Shown here one piece after another: positions 44,101 through 52,802 of a stretch of DNA of 64,000 bases (its first letter is position 1; every line of letters begins with the position of its first letter). The stretch is from assembly GCA_946646285.1 (NCBI GenBank), contig CAMPCN010000001.1, forward strand, positions 64,233 through 128,232, given 5' to 3'. The position numbers and the translations under genes are program-made. Below the pieces are notes generated by a model. It was not told where the DNA came from. It was given only the letters and a program-made list of their open reading frames with translations, and ran no database searches. The DNA comes from an uncultured Candidatus Saccharibacteria bacterium. Its GTDB lineage: Bacteria; Patescibacteriota; Saccharimonadia; Saccharimonadales; Saccharimonadaceae.

Positions 44101-45868
44101 TTATAATAAGATGAGATCTAGCGATAGACTTACCGATAGTGAAGTTCCAGACGATAGAGCGATATTTGAAAAATCAAAAGCCGACTTGCAAGGTATTGTG
44201 AAAGAGGGGGAAAGCAGAATAAATAGCGATATTAGGTGGAGCACGGTGAGAAACATCGTAGGCGGTGCTATAAAAGGTTTAATTATAGGTGCGATTGCTG
44301 ATGATGCGATTGCTAACGTTTCATCTGAGAAGATTAGTACATTGGAGCATCTTGGTATTGTAAAGACGCAAAATAGCGATACGGCTACAAATTCTATCTT
44401 GTCTGGATTCCTAGATAAAGTTGGCGTGCCAGGATTTAAGACGGAGGATCTCATAAAAGGTGGAGTCTTCAATACTCAACAAGAGGCTGAGAATTACATA
44501 AAGCAGAATGGTGGAAAGCAATCCTTCAAGAAAGTACACAATCCATCAAAAGATCAGATGGTGAGTGGTGGCACTCAGAGCGATGCTGAATATTGTAGAA
44601 ATAACTTCGAAGAAATCAACAAACGTAAATGGTGGGGATATGGAAAGAAAGAGTCTGTAGGTAATGAGCTGAAGCTATATGGAAAACCGGACAGTATGCG
44701 TATAGAAATGAATGGCATATCAACGGATGGTCTAGGCAATTCTATAAATACGGAAGCACTTCAAAAAGGTGGTAAATTGGAGCTGTTGATTTCGGTGTCG
44801 AAAGACTCGCAAAAGTACCCGGTACATATTCCGTTTGACGCGAATGGTGTTGCTGACTACTCGAATGTGCCCGCTGAGATAATGGAGCGAATTCGTGCTG
44901 GTGATATTTATATGGCAGAAGTTGCAGAAGTTGCGCAGCCTGGCGACACGGTAACAAATATTTTTGCAAGTATGCCGTACTATAAGGGTGGCGGTTCAAT
45001 TGAGGTAAAGACGTTGAAACAAGGTTTTGACTTTGTTGTTGAGGAAATAAAGGGCTTGGGTGACCCTGGTGTGACATTCAATCAATGGAGCTTCTTAGCG
45101 ACAGCCCTACATGCTGGTCGCGGTCTCAATATTAGACGCAACGGTGGTCGTGGCCCGTCTGGCGGCAATGGCCCTGAGGGTAATCCTGGTGGTGGCAACA
45201 ACCCTGGTGGCAATCCAGAAGGCAACCCAGATGGTGGCAACAACCCTGGTGACAATCCAGAAGGTAGTCCTAATGGTGGCGACACCCCTGGTGGCAATCC
45301 AGAAGGCAACCCAGATGGTGGCAACAACCCTGGTGACAATCCAGAAGGTAGTCCTAATGGTGGCGACACCCCTGATGGTAATCCAGAAGGCAACCCAGAA
45401 GGTGGCAATAGCCCAGACGGTAATCCAGAAGGTAGCCCTGATGGTGGCAACACCCCTGATGGTAATCCAGAAGGCAACCAAGAAGGTGGCAACACCCCTG
45501 ATGGTAATCCAGAAGGTGGTAATGGTTCCGATGGTAATCCAGAAGGTGGTAATTCTGAAGGAGGTGGCGAAAACAATGAGGGCGGTGAGGATCTAGACAT
45601 TGTTCCGCTAACCGCCGAAGAGTTGTCTAGAGCAGGCATGAGACGAATAGATGTCATTAACCGTATGAATGACATGATGAATAAGATTCTACCAACACTC
45701 AGCAGCCCGGAGGATCGTAATGAGTTGAGTGACGCCGTAAAGAATTGGAATAGCATGAAGCCAACTCAATGGGGAGCCTTCTTGATGCGTCCAGAGAACG
45801 AGTTTAGCCCCGAGAATCGTGCGATGCTGGAAGTCTTAAAGAAATATAATATGATAAAGAGAAGGTAG
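41159..45868 (+). CDS. Giant (1569 aa) acidic repeat protein with central hydrophobic segment
   Basis: SD GGGAGG. There are GDNKDGQN(V/G) arrays near the N-terminus and GNPEG/GGNxP arrays near the C-terminus. It has the module DQDISITISFVSAWNRISHEDRLRILKNGAIKDLEG. The hydrophobic stretch is FPFVPEGAAVMSAWIIMTATKTAGNTLGRAAGGLVGGSVVGAAF. Confidence 0.75.
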   Translation: MVRAAGEAPSGVASGEKSKQRELSDEMRKRFAKRILEISIKYGLSEQDENSLFDLLDSAYGETSGDQGQDSGSQNNGEGQGDQGNGDNKDGQNVGDDKDGQNGGDNKDGQNGGDNKDGQNVGDQGQDSGSQNNGEGQGDQGNGDDKDGQNVGDNKDGQNGGDNKDGQNVGDQGQDSGSQNNGEGQGDQGNGDDKDGQNVGDNKDGQNGGDNKDGQNVGDNKDGQNGGDNKDNDGNGENGENAPDYSPLTYGEAKKSGDSSISPVSKESIKKKHPELSDQDISITISFVSAWNRISHEDRLRILKNGAIKDLEGMVDSLLGAGLIEIGGSDEPNGENGEDGKDEDGENSEGGEEEDGENGEDDDNEEDGENGEDGERDKKAGEFVDDKDKSFWLEVVKNIDPIDLLDKPDDYSIDVINGLEEEYESDCEKLADELMDNSEFGDWYESQGGNVSDLTDMSFKALYELRQQFEKSKEPSEEPQEKNEGDLIAVGLNSDDEITRRAREIAKEKVEADINSQKGVFGFLKKIWLTQTKILRQDRMQGEIRKKIIEKNNLLMKKESGTISADEERKLKELQDELGADSWTASEGDTERFVLAHVSNMREAVMGAKGESMFVYGVEYVETNEDELNEDGTVKLDANGNPIKKRIPKAYRMDKDQQGNVNKQEVTGEAAETAIAIEGAIRAYASAVGDIERDANLTADQKRDKQNAELEDFRRKMDELRRKDIQNGGDGTMINNYEAVAQRAAERAKHEIGVDAVMDGFRYINGKINREVNTQPHRNAIEKLGHMIGTFPFVPEGAAVMSAWIIMTATKTAGNTLGRAAGGLVGGSVVGAAFNGLKFADDYREQYATAAHALATNAELGDRKFEGKMTENVMRFMTREKEGGGREKITANLLSNDLNKLTAELNAAFDEFNRDPNNDEARAKMLGIATTMSGCILDARNRLLYGAEQQVDLMAFSSNDLGQIEKERLNLWKSIAVAQTAYNKMRSSDRLTDSEVPDDRAIFEKSKADLQGIVKEGESRINSDIRWSTVRNIVGGAIKGLIIGAIADDAIANVSSEKISTLEHLGIVKTQNSDTATNSILSGFLDKVGVPGFKTEDLIKGGVFNTQQEAENYIKQNGGKQSFKKVHNPSKDQMVSGGTQSDAEYCRNNFEEINKRKWWGYGKKESVGNELKLYGKPDSMRIEMNGISTDGLGNSINTEALQKGGKLELLISVSKDSQKYPVHIPFDANGVADYSNVPAEIMERIRAGDIYMAEVAEVAQPGDTVTNIFASMPYYKGGGSIEVKTLKQGFDFVVEEIKGLGDPGVTFNQWSFLATALHAGRGLNIRRNGGRGPSGGNGPEGNPGGGNNPGGNPEGNPDGGNNPGDNPEGSPNGGDTPGGNPEGNPDGGNNPGDNPEGSPNGGDTPDGNPEGNPEGGNSPDGNPEGSPDGGNTPDGNPEGNQEGGNTPDGNPEGGNGSDGNPEGGNSEGGGENNEGGEDLDIVPLTAEELSRAGMRRIDVINRMNDMMNKILPTLSSPEDRNELSDAVKNWNSMKPTQWGAFLMRPENEFSPENRAMLEVLKKYNMIKRR
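41351..41860. repeat. Hierarchical tandem repeat: 27-bp unit (GDNKDGQNx) nested in three 144-171-bp super-units
   Basis: Super-units start at 41351, 41522 and 41666, each opening with ggtga(c/t)caaggccaagatagtggtagccagaataatggcgaagg. Confidence 0.9.
45150..45570. repeat. G/N/P/E-rich coding tandem repeat including an exact 84-bp duplication
   Basis: 45206-45289 and 45290-45373 are identical (GGNPEGNPDGGNNPGDNPEGSPNGGDTP). They are flanked by diverged copies. Confidence 0.9.
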
Positions 45869-45875
45869 CCGGCGA

Positions 45876-45907
45876 TAAAAAATACCCTCTATGTAGAGGG
45901 TATTTTT
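45876..45907. terminator. Bidirectional terminator (AATACCCTCTA / TAGAGGGTATT)
   Basis: Palindromic stem flanked by A- and T-runs between convergent genes. Confidence 0.7.
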
Positions 45908-45927
45908 GTGTGAATAAGATATTTACT

Positions 45928-47157
45928 CTAGCGATAGAACTTCAGGGAAGTAATTGGATCTTTAGATGCAGCCTTAATGGCAGGATAAATGCCGAATAAT
46001 ATGCCTACGAAGAGTGAGACGCCGCCAGTAATACCGAGGATTCCCCATGAGATGTGTGGGGCGAAAGGAGTGAGCAATGAAATAATGAATGCGCCAATAT
46101 ACCCAAGAGCAAAACCGAGAATTCCGCCCATAACACTAAGGATGGTGGATTCAAACAAGAATTGAAGTAGAATATTACCAGAAGATGCACCTACTGATTT
46201 GCGAATGCCAATTTCGCGTGTACGTTCAGATACGGAGACCAACATGATATTCATGATTCCAACGCCGCCGACAACTAAGGAAATAGAAGCAACTAATGTT
46301 AACATACTTGATACGATGGAAAGAAGTGAGCCGGCTGGATGAATGTCTTCTGCGCTAGTGATAACAGAGAACGTTTGATCGCCGTTTTTTGATTCGGAAA
46401 GTTTTTTCTTGATTTCTGAGGTAGTTTTTTCGACAGCATCGGTTGTAGCGGTGCGGATGTCGATTTGTTGAATTTGAATTGATGATTCGAAAGAACTAGC
46501 ATGGTTAATATCGATAAGAATAGATTGATCAACATCGATGCCGTTAAAATTGATAGGATCGTCAATTTTATCCAGTACGCCAATAACCATGAAATGCTGA
46601 TCGTGATAAGAGAATGTTTTAGTGATGGCTTCTGTGCCACCAAATTGTTGCATGGCGATATCGTAGCCTAATACAGCGACATTCTTGCGCAAAGTAGTGT
46701 CAAGAAATTGACCATTTTTTAGGTGGAGTGACATGACATCAATAAAAGAGGTATTGGTTGCGACAATATTGACACCCTGCACAGTGCGGTCGCCAATTTT
46801 GATGGCGCCAGTAGAGGCGGCAATTGGAGCAACTGAAGCAACTCCGTCGATTTTACTGATGGTATCAATATCTTGAAGGACGAGGCTTGATTTGATGAAT
46901 TGATTATTTGAAGTTAATTCGCTAATGATATTTTCGGTAACATCTTTGCCGGTGCTTGGTCGGACTAAAATGAGGTCGGCATTGTTTTTGTCGGAATTGG
47001 CGCTGATGAGTTGATTAATACCGCCAGTTAAAGAGAGAATGAGGACAATAGAAGCTACGCCGATGGCGATGCCTAAAGCGGATAGGAAAGTACGACCGCG
47101 ATTACGACGAAGGTTATCGACGGCGAGATGGAAATGAGTATTTAGTAATAGTGCCAT
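45928..47157 (-). CDS. MacB/FtsX-type ABC transporter permease
   Basis: 409 aa, with an N-terminal TM helix, a periplasmic-type domain, and a C-terminal FtsX 3-TM bundle containing RTREIGIRKSVGAS. Confidence 0.85.
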   Translation of the reverse strand: MALLLNTHFHLAVDNLRRNRGRTFLSALGIAIGVASIVLILSLTGGINQLISANSDKNNADLILVRPSTGKDVTENIISELTSNNQFIKSSLVLQDIDTISKIDGVASVAPIAASTGAIKIGDRTVQGVNIVATNTSFIDVMSLHLKNGQFLDTTLRKNVAVLGYDIAMQQFGGTEAITKTFSYHDQHFMVIGVLDKIDDPINFNGIDVDQSILIDINHASSFESSIQIQQIDIRTATTDAVEKTTSEIKKKLSESKNGDQTFSVITSAEDIHPAGSLLSIVSSMLTLVASISLVVGGVGIMNIMLVSVSERTREIGIRKSVGASSGNILLQFLFESTILSVMGGILGFALGYIGAFIISLLTPFAPHISWGILGITGGVSLFVGILFGIYPAIKAASKDPITSLKFYR

Positions 47158-47160
47158 ATT

Positions 47161-48132
47161 TTAGGATTCCTTCTTTTCGTCTTTAGATTTTTTGTCGGTT
47201 TTTCGAGTTTTTTGTTCTTTCTTTTTACTTTTATCGGCTTTTTTATCGTCGTTTGAGCTCTTTTTGACGTCGGCAATTTGTTTTTTGCTAACTCCCTTAC
47301 CGATAGTGACGTGCTCGCCAGAAACAACAACTTTTGTTTGCGAGTCTACCTCGAGTTCTACGGGACGTTTTTTGCTTAAGATACGGACGGATATTTTTTC
47401 TGGATCACCAGGACGTGGTAAGTCGCTGTCGGCTACAGTCTTGATGTCCGTGTCGATTTCGCCGTCGAGCATATTGATTACGCGAGTGGCATAGGTAGTT
47501 AGGGCAGGGTTATGAGTGACCATAATAATAGTATTGCCTTGAGCATGGATGTCGCGGAGTTCCTCCATAATAATATGGCTGCTACGACTATCGAGGTTGC
47601 CAGTTGGTTCGTCGGCTAGAATAATAGATGGGTCGGAAATTAGACTGCGCGCAATCGCAACACGTTGTTGCTGGCCGCCGGACAGCTGATATGGCATATA
47701 ATATTCGCGCTCGCGGAGGTGAAAATGTTCGAGAATATCGTCAGCTTTGCGGAGGCGGCGAGTTTTGTGATGCCCAGAGTAGATTAGGGGAAGGGAGACG
47801 TTTTCGATTACGGACAAATTTGGGATAAGGTTGAAGTTTTGGAAAATGAAACCGATTTCTTTAGCGCGAAAGTGCGCCTTGCGGCGAGAAGGAATCTTTT
47901 CAACATTTTTGCCGTTTAGTAGGTATTTGCCTGAAGTTGGCTTATCGAGAAGGCCAATAATATTGAGTAGAGTGGTCTTACCACACCCTGATGGTCCCAT
48001 AATCATAATGAATTCGCCGCGTTTAACGGTGAGGTCGAAGTTGTGAAGCGCGTAAGATTCTGCGTCGCCAAAACCGTAGCGCTTCGTGACGGCTTTGAGC
48101 TCGATGATAGTTTCGTTGTTTTCTTTTGACAT
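47161..48132 (-). CDS. MacB/LolD-type ABC transporter ATP-binding protein with ~95-aa Lys-rich C-terminal tail
   Basis: [33 protein letters not shown] and VTHN. The tail reads [34 protein letters not shown]. Confidence 0.9.
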   Translation of the reverse strand: MSKENNETIIELKAVTKRYGFGDAESYALHNFDLTVKRGEFIMIMGPSGCGKTTLLNIIGLLDKPTSGKYLLNGKNVEKIPSRRKAHFRAKEIGFIFQNFNLIPNLSVIENVSLPLIYSGHHKTRRLRKADDILEHFHLREREYYMPYQLSGGQQQRVAIARSLISDPSIILADEPTGNLDSRSSHIIMEELRDIHAQGNTIIMVTHNPALTTYATRVINMLDGEIDTDIKTVADSDLPRPGDPEKISVRILSKKRPVELEVDSQTKVVVSGEHVTIGKGVSKKQIADVKKSSNDDKKADKSKKKEQKTRKTDKKSKDEKKES

Positions 48133-48193
48133 CGTGTACTAATTATAAAGGTTTTTTAAAGATAAAGAAAATGCTAATGACAAAAAAGTATCA

Positions 48194-48222
48194 TTGACAA
48201 TTATTGATAATTATGATACAAT
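48194..48222 (+). promoter_or_regulatory. Sigma70-like promoter TTGACA-17-TACAAT (with TG extension)
   Basis: -35 at 48194-48199 and -10 at 48217-48222, ~70 nt upstream of ATG 48297. Confidence 0.6.
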
Positions 48223-48296
48223 TATGTTCTAGTTGTACTATCGCGTAATGATGAGAGCGAAGAACTGTTCTTTAATACCGAGAGGGGGTGTATTTT

Positions 48297-49214
48297 ATGA
48301 GACTACTTGAACATAGGCCGCTTTTGCTCTTGCCGCATTCACGACAGTTTCCATTTGACGCAACGGCTGAAAAGATTGTGAAAGCTTTAGAAAAGAGGAA
48401 CTGGAAAGTCCCCGGAATGGAAGTAGAGTTCTCTACATATGGGCACGGCTTTTCGAAGTATACGTATGTGTGCAGAATCGAAGGCAATGACTTCTATGTG
48501 AAATTTTGCCGTTCGCAGGGTAAATTACCTGGTGGCTATAATGATGTGGCGGCTATTGATGAGATCTGGTACGGTAAAGAGATTCTGAACGTTTTCGAGG
48601 ATGAGTCGGGGCCGCAGTTTTATCTTTATGTAGGCGATGATTGGGAAAAGGATAAACATAAGTTTGCGCATAGCTGCAAAGTCAATGCTAAGCTACGTGG
48701 AGAGCCGCGTACTTATCTCGAGTATTCTGGAAGCTATTCGGGCAGGTCAAGTAAACGTGCGAGATGGATTGTGAACGCCGATGATATGGGTCGTCAATAT
48801 GCCGCGGAAGACAATGAGCCTAAAAGTTTTTTGACGATACAGAAATATTACGAGTTCAGTAAGCATTTAAAAGAAATCTTGAAACGAATTTTGGCGACAC
48901 CGGAGGCTGGAGAGAACTATAATGCTATGGCCTACTATGAATTACCGACTCTGATTCCGTTTGATGAGGTTAAGCATCCTTTAGGGGATACGTATGCCTA
49001 CTGTGATGGACGAGTATATGAGCGAGTAGAAAAAGGCCAAAAAGATCTGGAATCTTTAGAGCTTTGGGAGCGCTATGTCTATACTGACGGTAATCGACTG
49101 ATGAGGTTGACCAGTGGAGTTGAAGTGCCCGAGGTGGCTTATGATGGCTTCATTTGGGCTGGCGAGCTGAAATGCAAAGATGCAGAAAGATATGTAGACA
49201 TAACATGCCATTGA
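48297..49214 (+). CDS. Hypothetical protein (305 aa) ending at a TGA that is followed by 96 more in-frame sense codons
   Basis: SD GAGGGGG 8 nt before ATG 48297. No family recognised. Confidence 0.6.
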   Translation: MRLLEHRPLLLLPHSRQFPFDATAEKIVKALEKRNWKVPGMEVEFSTYGHGFSKYTYVCRIEGNDFYVKFCRSQGKLPGGYNDVAAIDEIWYGKEILNVFEDESGPQFYLYVGDDWEKDKHKFAHSCKVNAKLRGEPRTYLEYSGSYSGRSSKRARWIVNADDMGRQYAAEDNEPKSFLTIQKYYEFSKHLKEILKRILATPEAGENYNAMAYYELPTLIPFDEVKHPLGDTYAYCDGRVYERVEKGQKDLESLELWERYVYTDGNRLMRLTSGVEVPEVAYDGFIWAGELKCKDAERYVDITCH

Positions 49215-49502
49215 CCCTCGATATTTGGGCCGAACTACCTGCTCAAGATTACGCCAAAGTATGCGAACGATATTTACGTTGCAGACAGTGCGGTTTACGA
49301 AAAAGCGCGCGAAGAGATGTTTGCGAGTATTGCGCCACGTGGTAGGCTGACGGACGATGAACTGGATGCTTGCGATGCGGTAAGAGCGCGCAGCATAGTT
49401 CCGATTTTGGACTATGATGGTAGCTATGAGCGGCCATTCATGTTAATTGGGCGTGAGCTTGATTTCGATGAAGTCGAGCTGGCTGGTTTAGTAGAGCCGT
49501 AA
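49215..49502 (+). other. In-frame continuation of the 48297 ORF beyond TGA 49212-49214 (read-through product or decayed 3' part)
   Basis: It is in the same frame as 48297 and has no stop until TAA 49500-49502. Track ORF 49317-49502 is its distal part. A terminator hairpin (GCCCGCGC/GTGCGGGC, one G.T pair) follows at ~49516-49540. Confidence 0.5.
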
Positions 49503-49588
49503 AAATACACAATAGGCCCGCGCTGAAAGGTGCGGGCTTTTTCTAGGCTTCGCAAAAAGGACATTTAATGATAAAATACAGGGAGTAC

Positions 49589-49678
49589 GGAGAGGTGTCC
49601 GAGTGGTTGAAGGAGCACGCTTGGAAAGCGTGTAAGGTCGCAAGGCTTTCGCAGGTTCGAATCCTGTCCTCTCCGCCA
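49589..49678 (+). tRNA. tRNA-Ser (anticodon GGA), CCA encoded
   Basis: Acceptor GGAGAGG/CCTCTCC, anticodon loop TTGGAAA and a long variable arm. Confidence 0.9.
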
Positions 49679-49798
49679 AACAGAATAGCTTACCGTAATT
49701 GGTTGAGCTTTTTTGATGACTTACTTTTAGTAAGATGGTTACTAATTTGTAATAAACATGTTATTATGTAAGCATAAGTACTTCTGGTGAGGAGAAAA

Positions 49799-50560
49799 AT
49801 GAATCCACAACAAAACGACCAACAACAAGGGAATCAACAGGCGAATACAAACCCTCAGACTCAGAATTTTGATGGTTTTGGTGGACCAAATATAGCTTAT
49901 GCGAATTATGACGATAATATGGTCCAGCAACAAGCTCAGGCTGCTCAACAAGATCCAGGCGCAGTGCCTATGAATGTAGTCGATGTCGTGAACGCTAACG
50001 GAGTTGTGAGCGGAAGAAAAGTCGTCGATTATCTTTGGCAGCGCGTGGCTATCTGCATGATTGTGATAGCTTGTGGTTTGTTGATAGGTTTGGTTGTTTC
50101 CTTGATGATTGTAGTAACTAAGAACTCAGAAGTTGCATCTTTGAATCGTGAAAAGACTGGCTTGAACTCTGAGTTGCAAAGTATTTATGGTAAGTTGGGC
50201 GTAGGAAATCTTGCTGATGCGATAACTCAGATTGACAAGACCGAGACTATGGACGGTGGAGATCTTAGTGAAGTAAACGATTTGTTAACGGGGAAATTTG
50301 GTGCGAGCTACAAACTAGACTTAGCGGACGCTAATATTAATTTTGTTATTAGAAACGGCGTTTATAAGATTGTAAGTTTAGGTATATATCGCGAAAGCGG
50401 TACGCAGAGAGTTGTTTTATACGAAAAGATTGCTGATGGTAAATGGAAGCTTGGTGGTTTTGATGCGACAAAGGCTGATGCTTGTACGGATTCCACGGAA
50501 GAAGAGAAAGCTGCAATTGATGGCATAATTCCTTGCGTCGAAGAAAAAGAAGCAGAATAG
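49799..50560 (+). CDS. Hypothetical membrane protein with Q-rich N-terminus
   Basis: SD GTGAGGAG before ATG 49799, with one TM helix (VAICMIVIACGLLIGLVVSLMIVV). Confidence 0.6.
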   Translation: MNPQQNDQQQGNQQANTNPQTQNFDGFGGPNIAYANYDDNMVQQQAQAAQQDPGAVPMNVVDVVNANGVVSGRKVVDYLWQRVAICMIVIACGLLIGLVVSLMIVVTKNSEVASLNREKTGLNSELQSIYGKLGVGNLADAITQIDKTETMDGGDLSEVNDLLTGKFGASYKLDLADANINFVIRNGVYKIVSLGIYRESGTQRVVLYEKIADGKWKLGGFDATKADACTDSTEEEKAAIDGIIPCVEEKEAE

Positions 50561-50578
50561 TAGTAAAATAGGGGGAGT

Positions 50579-51178
50579 ATGATAGGAAGCTTGATTTCTT
50601 TAATGATTGCGCACGAGGTTGCGATTCGGAAGATTGAGCTGGAAAAAGTATCGGCAGAATATAAGGCACTACAAGAGTCGAGTGCTAAAGTTGCCGTTAA
50701 ATATAATGTTAGCTTCGATATCAGTTCCCGCGGTTCTCTGAGAGGGGACGTGAATGAGTTTGCTGATTTTGTGGAAGAGACGTTAACAAGCCGTCAAGGA
50801 TGGATACGAGCTGGAGTTAAATTTTCGAAAGTATCGAGCGGCGGAAGATTGCATGTGGTGTTAGCGTCTGGGGCGGAGATAGATAAATATGCTGGTTGCT
50901 CGGCGGAGTTAAGCTGTACGGTGTATCCTTATGTATTAATAAATGATGCGCGATGGCTGGGCGCTACGGACAGTTATAATTCGGCTGGTTTGAGTTTAAC
51001 TAGCTATAGGCAGATGGTAATTAATCACGAGGTTGGGCATTTTTTGGGGCATGATCATAGCTCTGCTTGTGGTGTGGGCGGTGTAGCCCCGGTAATGTTG
51101 CAACAATCGACTGGATTAAGAGGGTGCAAAGCGAATTCTTGGCCATTAGATAGCGAACTCTGGGTGACGCGATGGTAA
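50579..51178 (+). CDS. Metzincin-like zinc metalloprotease-domain protein
   Basis: HEVGHFLGHDH fits the HExxHxxGxxH zinc-binding consensus. An N-terminal TM helix is present. Confidence 0.7.
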   Translation: MIGSLISLMIAHEVAIRKIELEKVSAEYKALQESSAKVAVKYNVSFDISSRGSLRGDVNEFADFVEETLTSRQGWIRAGVKFSKVSSGGRLHVVLASGAEIDKYAGCSAELSCTVYPYVLINDARWLGATDSYNSAGLSLTSYRQMVINHEVGHFLGHDHSSACGVGGVAPVMLQQSTGLRGCKANSWPLDSELWVTRW

Positions 51179-51888
51179 AAAGAAAAAGTAATAGAGTTAA
51201 GATTGTATTTTGTGTAATTTTGATGCTTGTTGTGGCGTTGGTGGTATTTTTGGGTGCTTTTTGGGGTCGAAAATTGACGGAAAATGAGAGGAAAGATTAT
51301 ACGGAAGTTCGGGCCGAAGTTTTGAAGTTGATGGATGGCCGAGAGGCAGTAGAGAAGTTTTTGAATCTCGAGATAAAGACTGCAAAATTGAATGATGCGG
51401 ATAAAAAAGTAGTGGATGATTTTGAGAAAGCAGTGCCGAAAGATGGCGACATACAATCATTACTACAAAAGATTTTGGATATCAATAAGGAAGAGGATGA
51501 GGGGATTAAGAAGGCAGTTGATGTCGTAGCTCTTACGTACATTGAGCTACATTCAGTCTATTTGTTAGAGCGAGATTTATCCGTAATGTTTGATGGGGAG
51601 CTGAGCGATGAGGATTTGGCGACATTGGAGAAATCGGAAAACGATTATTTAGCGAAGCTTGCGAAAGAAGTGGGCGATTATCGCACGAAGGTGAAGGAGC
51701 TGAGTGCGAAAGACGACAACTTCGAGCAAAATTACAAATTATTGGAAGAAGAGGGCGAAAAATTGCAAAAGAAATATGCCGAAGTAAAGTTGAAGGACAT
51801 AATTGGAAAAACGGAAGAAGAAATAATGGAGTATTATGATAAAGTTGAAGAATTAAACACAATTTTGCTTGAGTATGAACAAAAATGA
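51172..51888 (+). CDS. Hypothetical membrane-anchored coiled-coil protein
   Basis: N-terminal TM helix followed by E/K-rich heptad-like sequence. It overlaps its neighbours (ATGGTAA and ATGA). Confidence 0.6.
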   Translation: MVKRKSNRVKIVFCVILMLVVALVVFLGAFWGRKLTENERKDYTEVRAEVLKLMDGREAVEKFLNLEIKTAKLNDADKKVVDDFEKAVPKDGDIQSLLQKILDINKEEDEGIKKAVDVVALTYIELHSVYLLERDLSVMFDGELSDEDLATLEKSENDYLAKLAKEVGDYRTKVKELSAKDDNFEQNYKLLEEEGEKLQKKYAEVKLKDIIGKTEEEIMEYYDKVEELNTILLEYEQK

Positions 51889-52802
51889 AAAGATTGATAT
51901 TAGTATATAATCCGAGGAGTTCGCATTACCTACGCGTAAAGGAAGAGGTAATAAACAAGTTGCGCGGTTTGAAAGGGTGGATGCTAGGGAAGTTTGAGGT
52001 AGCAGATACCGATGTGGACGATAATGCGCACCGTTTGGCTAAGATTTTGATGGATGATGATCTGGTAGTCGCGGCTGGTGGCGACGGTACGGCTAATATT
52101 GCAATTAATGGAATTATGCTGTCGAATCGAGAAAATGTGCGAATTGGCGTACTTGGTTATGGGAATTTTAATGACACGGCGAGAACGTTTGGAAAATTAA
52201 GCCTCGAAGAAATATTGACTGGAAAAGTGCAAGAAGTTTGGCCACTCGAGTGTAAGATAAACGAGAAACATTGGCGTTACGGCATGTGTTATTTTACGAT
52301 TGGTATGTTTGCGGAGGCTTGTGCGGTTTTTGATCATCCAAAAACTCGAAAGGCTTTGCAAAAAGGGAAGAAGAGAATATTTTTCAGCTTATCGGTGTTG
52401 GTGCGCTGGTGGTTGAAACAACATCGTAAGCATCGTTTTATGCCGGAATTTAGTTTGGGAGATAAGAATGGGGATTTTTTGCCGAGTAACAAAGCATCGG
52501 ATTATATGGCGATAAATGGCAAGTCTGTGGCGAAAATGATGAGAGGCGGTAATTATTACTTATCTAAGGAAGACTTTTTGAGCTGTACTGGCAGGATGAA
52601 TAGATTCTGGCATTTAGCTAGTATGATGCTGAGGAGTGTTTTTAAGCGTATCCCTGGTGAAGAAAGCACATATGATTGTTTAGTATTTCGACGGCCAAGT
52701 AAAATGATGTTTCAAGCCGAGGGCGAATATAAAATGATCAGCGATGTTTCCAAAGTGGAGATTCAGAAGTCGAAAAAACCGCTTCTTGCTATAATAAAAT
52801 AA
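51885..52802 (+). CDS. Diacylglycerol/lipid kinase catalytic-domain protein (YegS/DagK-like)
   Basis: LILVYNPRSS... and DLVVAAGGDGTANIAINGI (GGDGT motif). Confidence 0.75.
   Translation: MKRLILVYNPRSSHYLRVKEEVINKLRGLKGWMLGKFEVADTDVDDNAHRLAKILMDDDLVVAAGGDGTANIAINGIMLSNRENVRIGVLGYGNFNDTARTFGKLSLEEILTGKVQEVWPLECKINEKHWRYGMCYFTIGMFAEACAVFDHPKTRKALQKGKKRIFFSLSVLVRWWLKQHRKHRFMPEFSLGDKNGDFLPSNKASDYMAINGKSVAKMMRGGNYYLSKEDFLSCTGRMNRFWHLASMMLRSVFKRIPGEESTYDCLVFRRPSKMMFQAEGEYKMISDVSKVEIQKSKKPLLAIIK

Noticed and set aside
45082-45756. 224-aa, 124-aa and 161-aa ORFs overlapping the GNPEG repeat region
   Set aside because: Same reasoning as above: they are periodic low-complexity translations of the opposite strand or other frames of the giant gene.
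49212-49260. Selenocysteine at the TGA after ..ITCH (C-x-U-like context)
   Set aside because: I cannot fold a convincing SECIS-type hairpin in the ~40 nt downstream. The ComF TGAs have no comparable context, and no sel genes are visible in the window. This remains testable (see findings).
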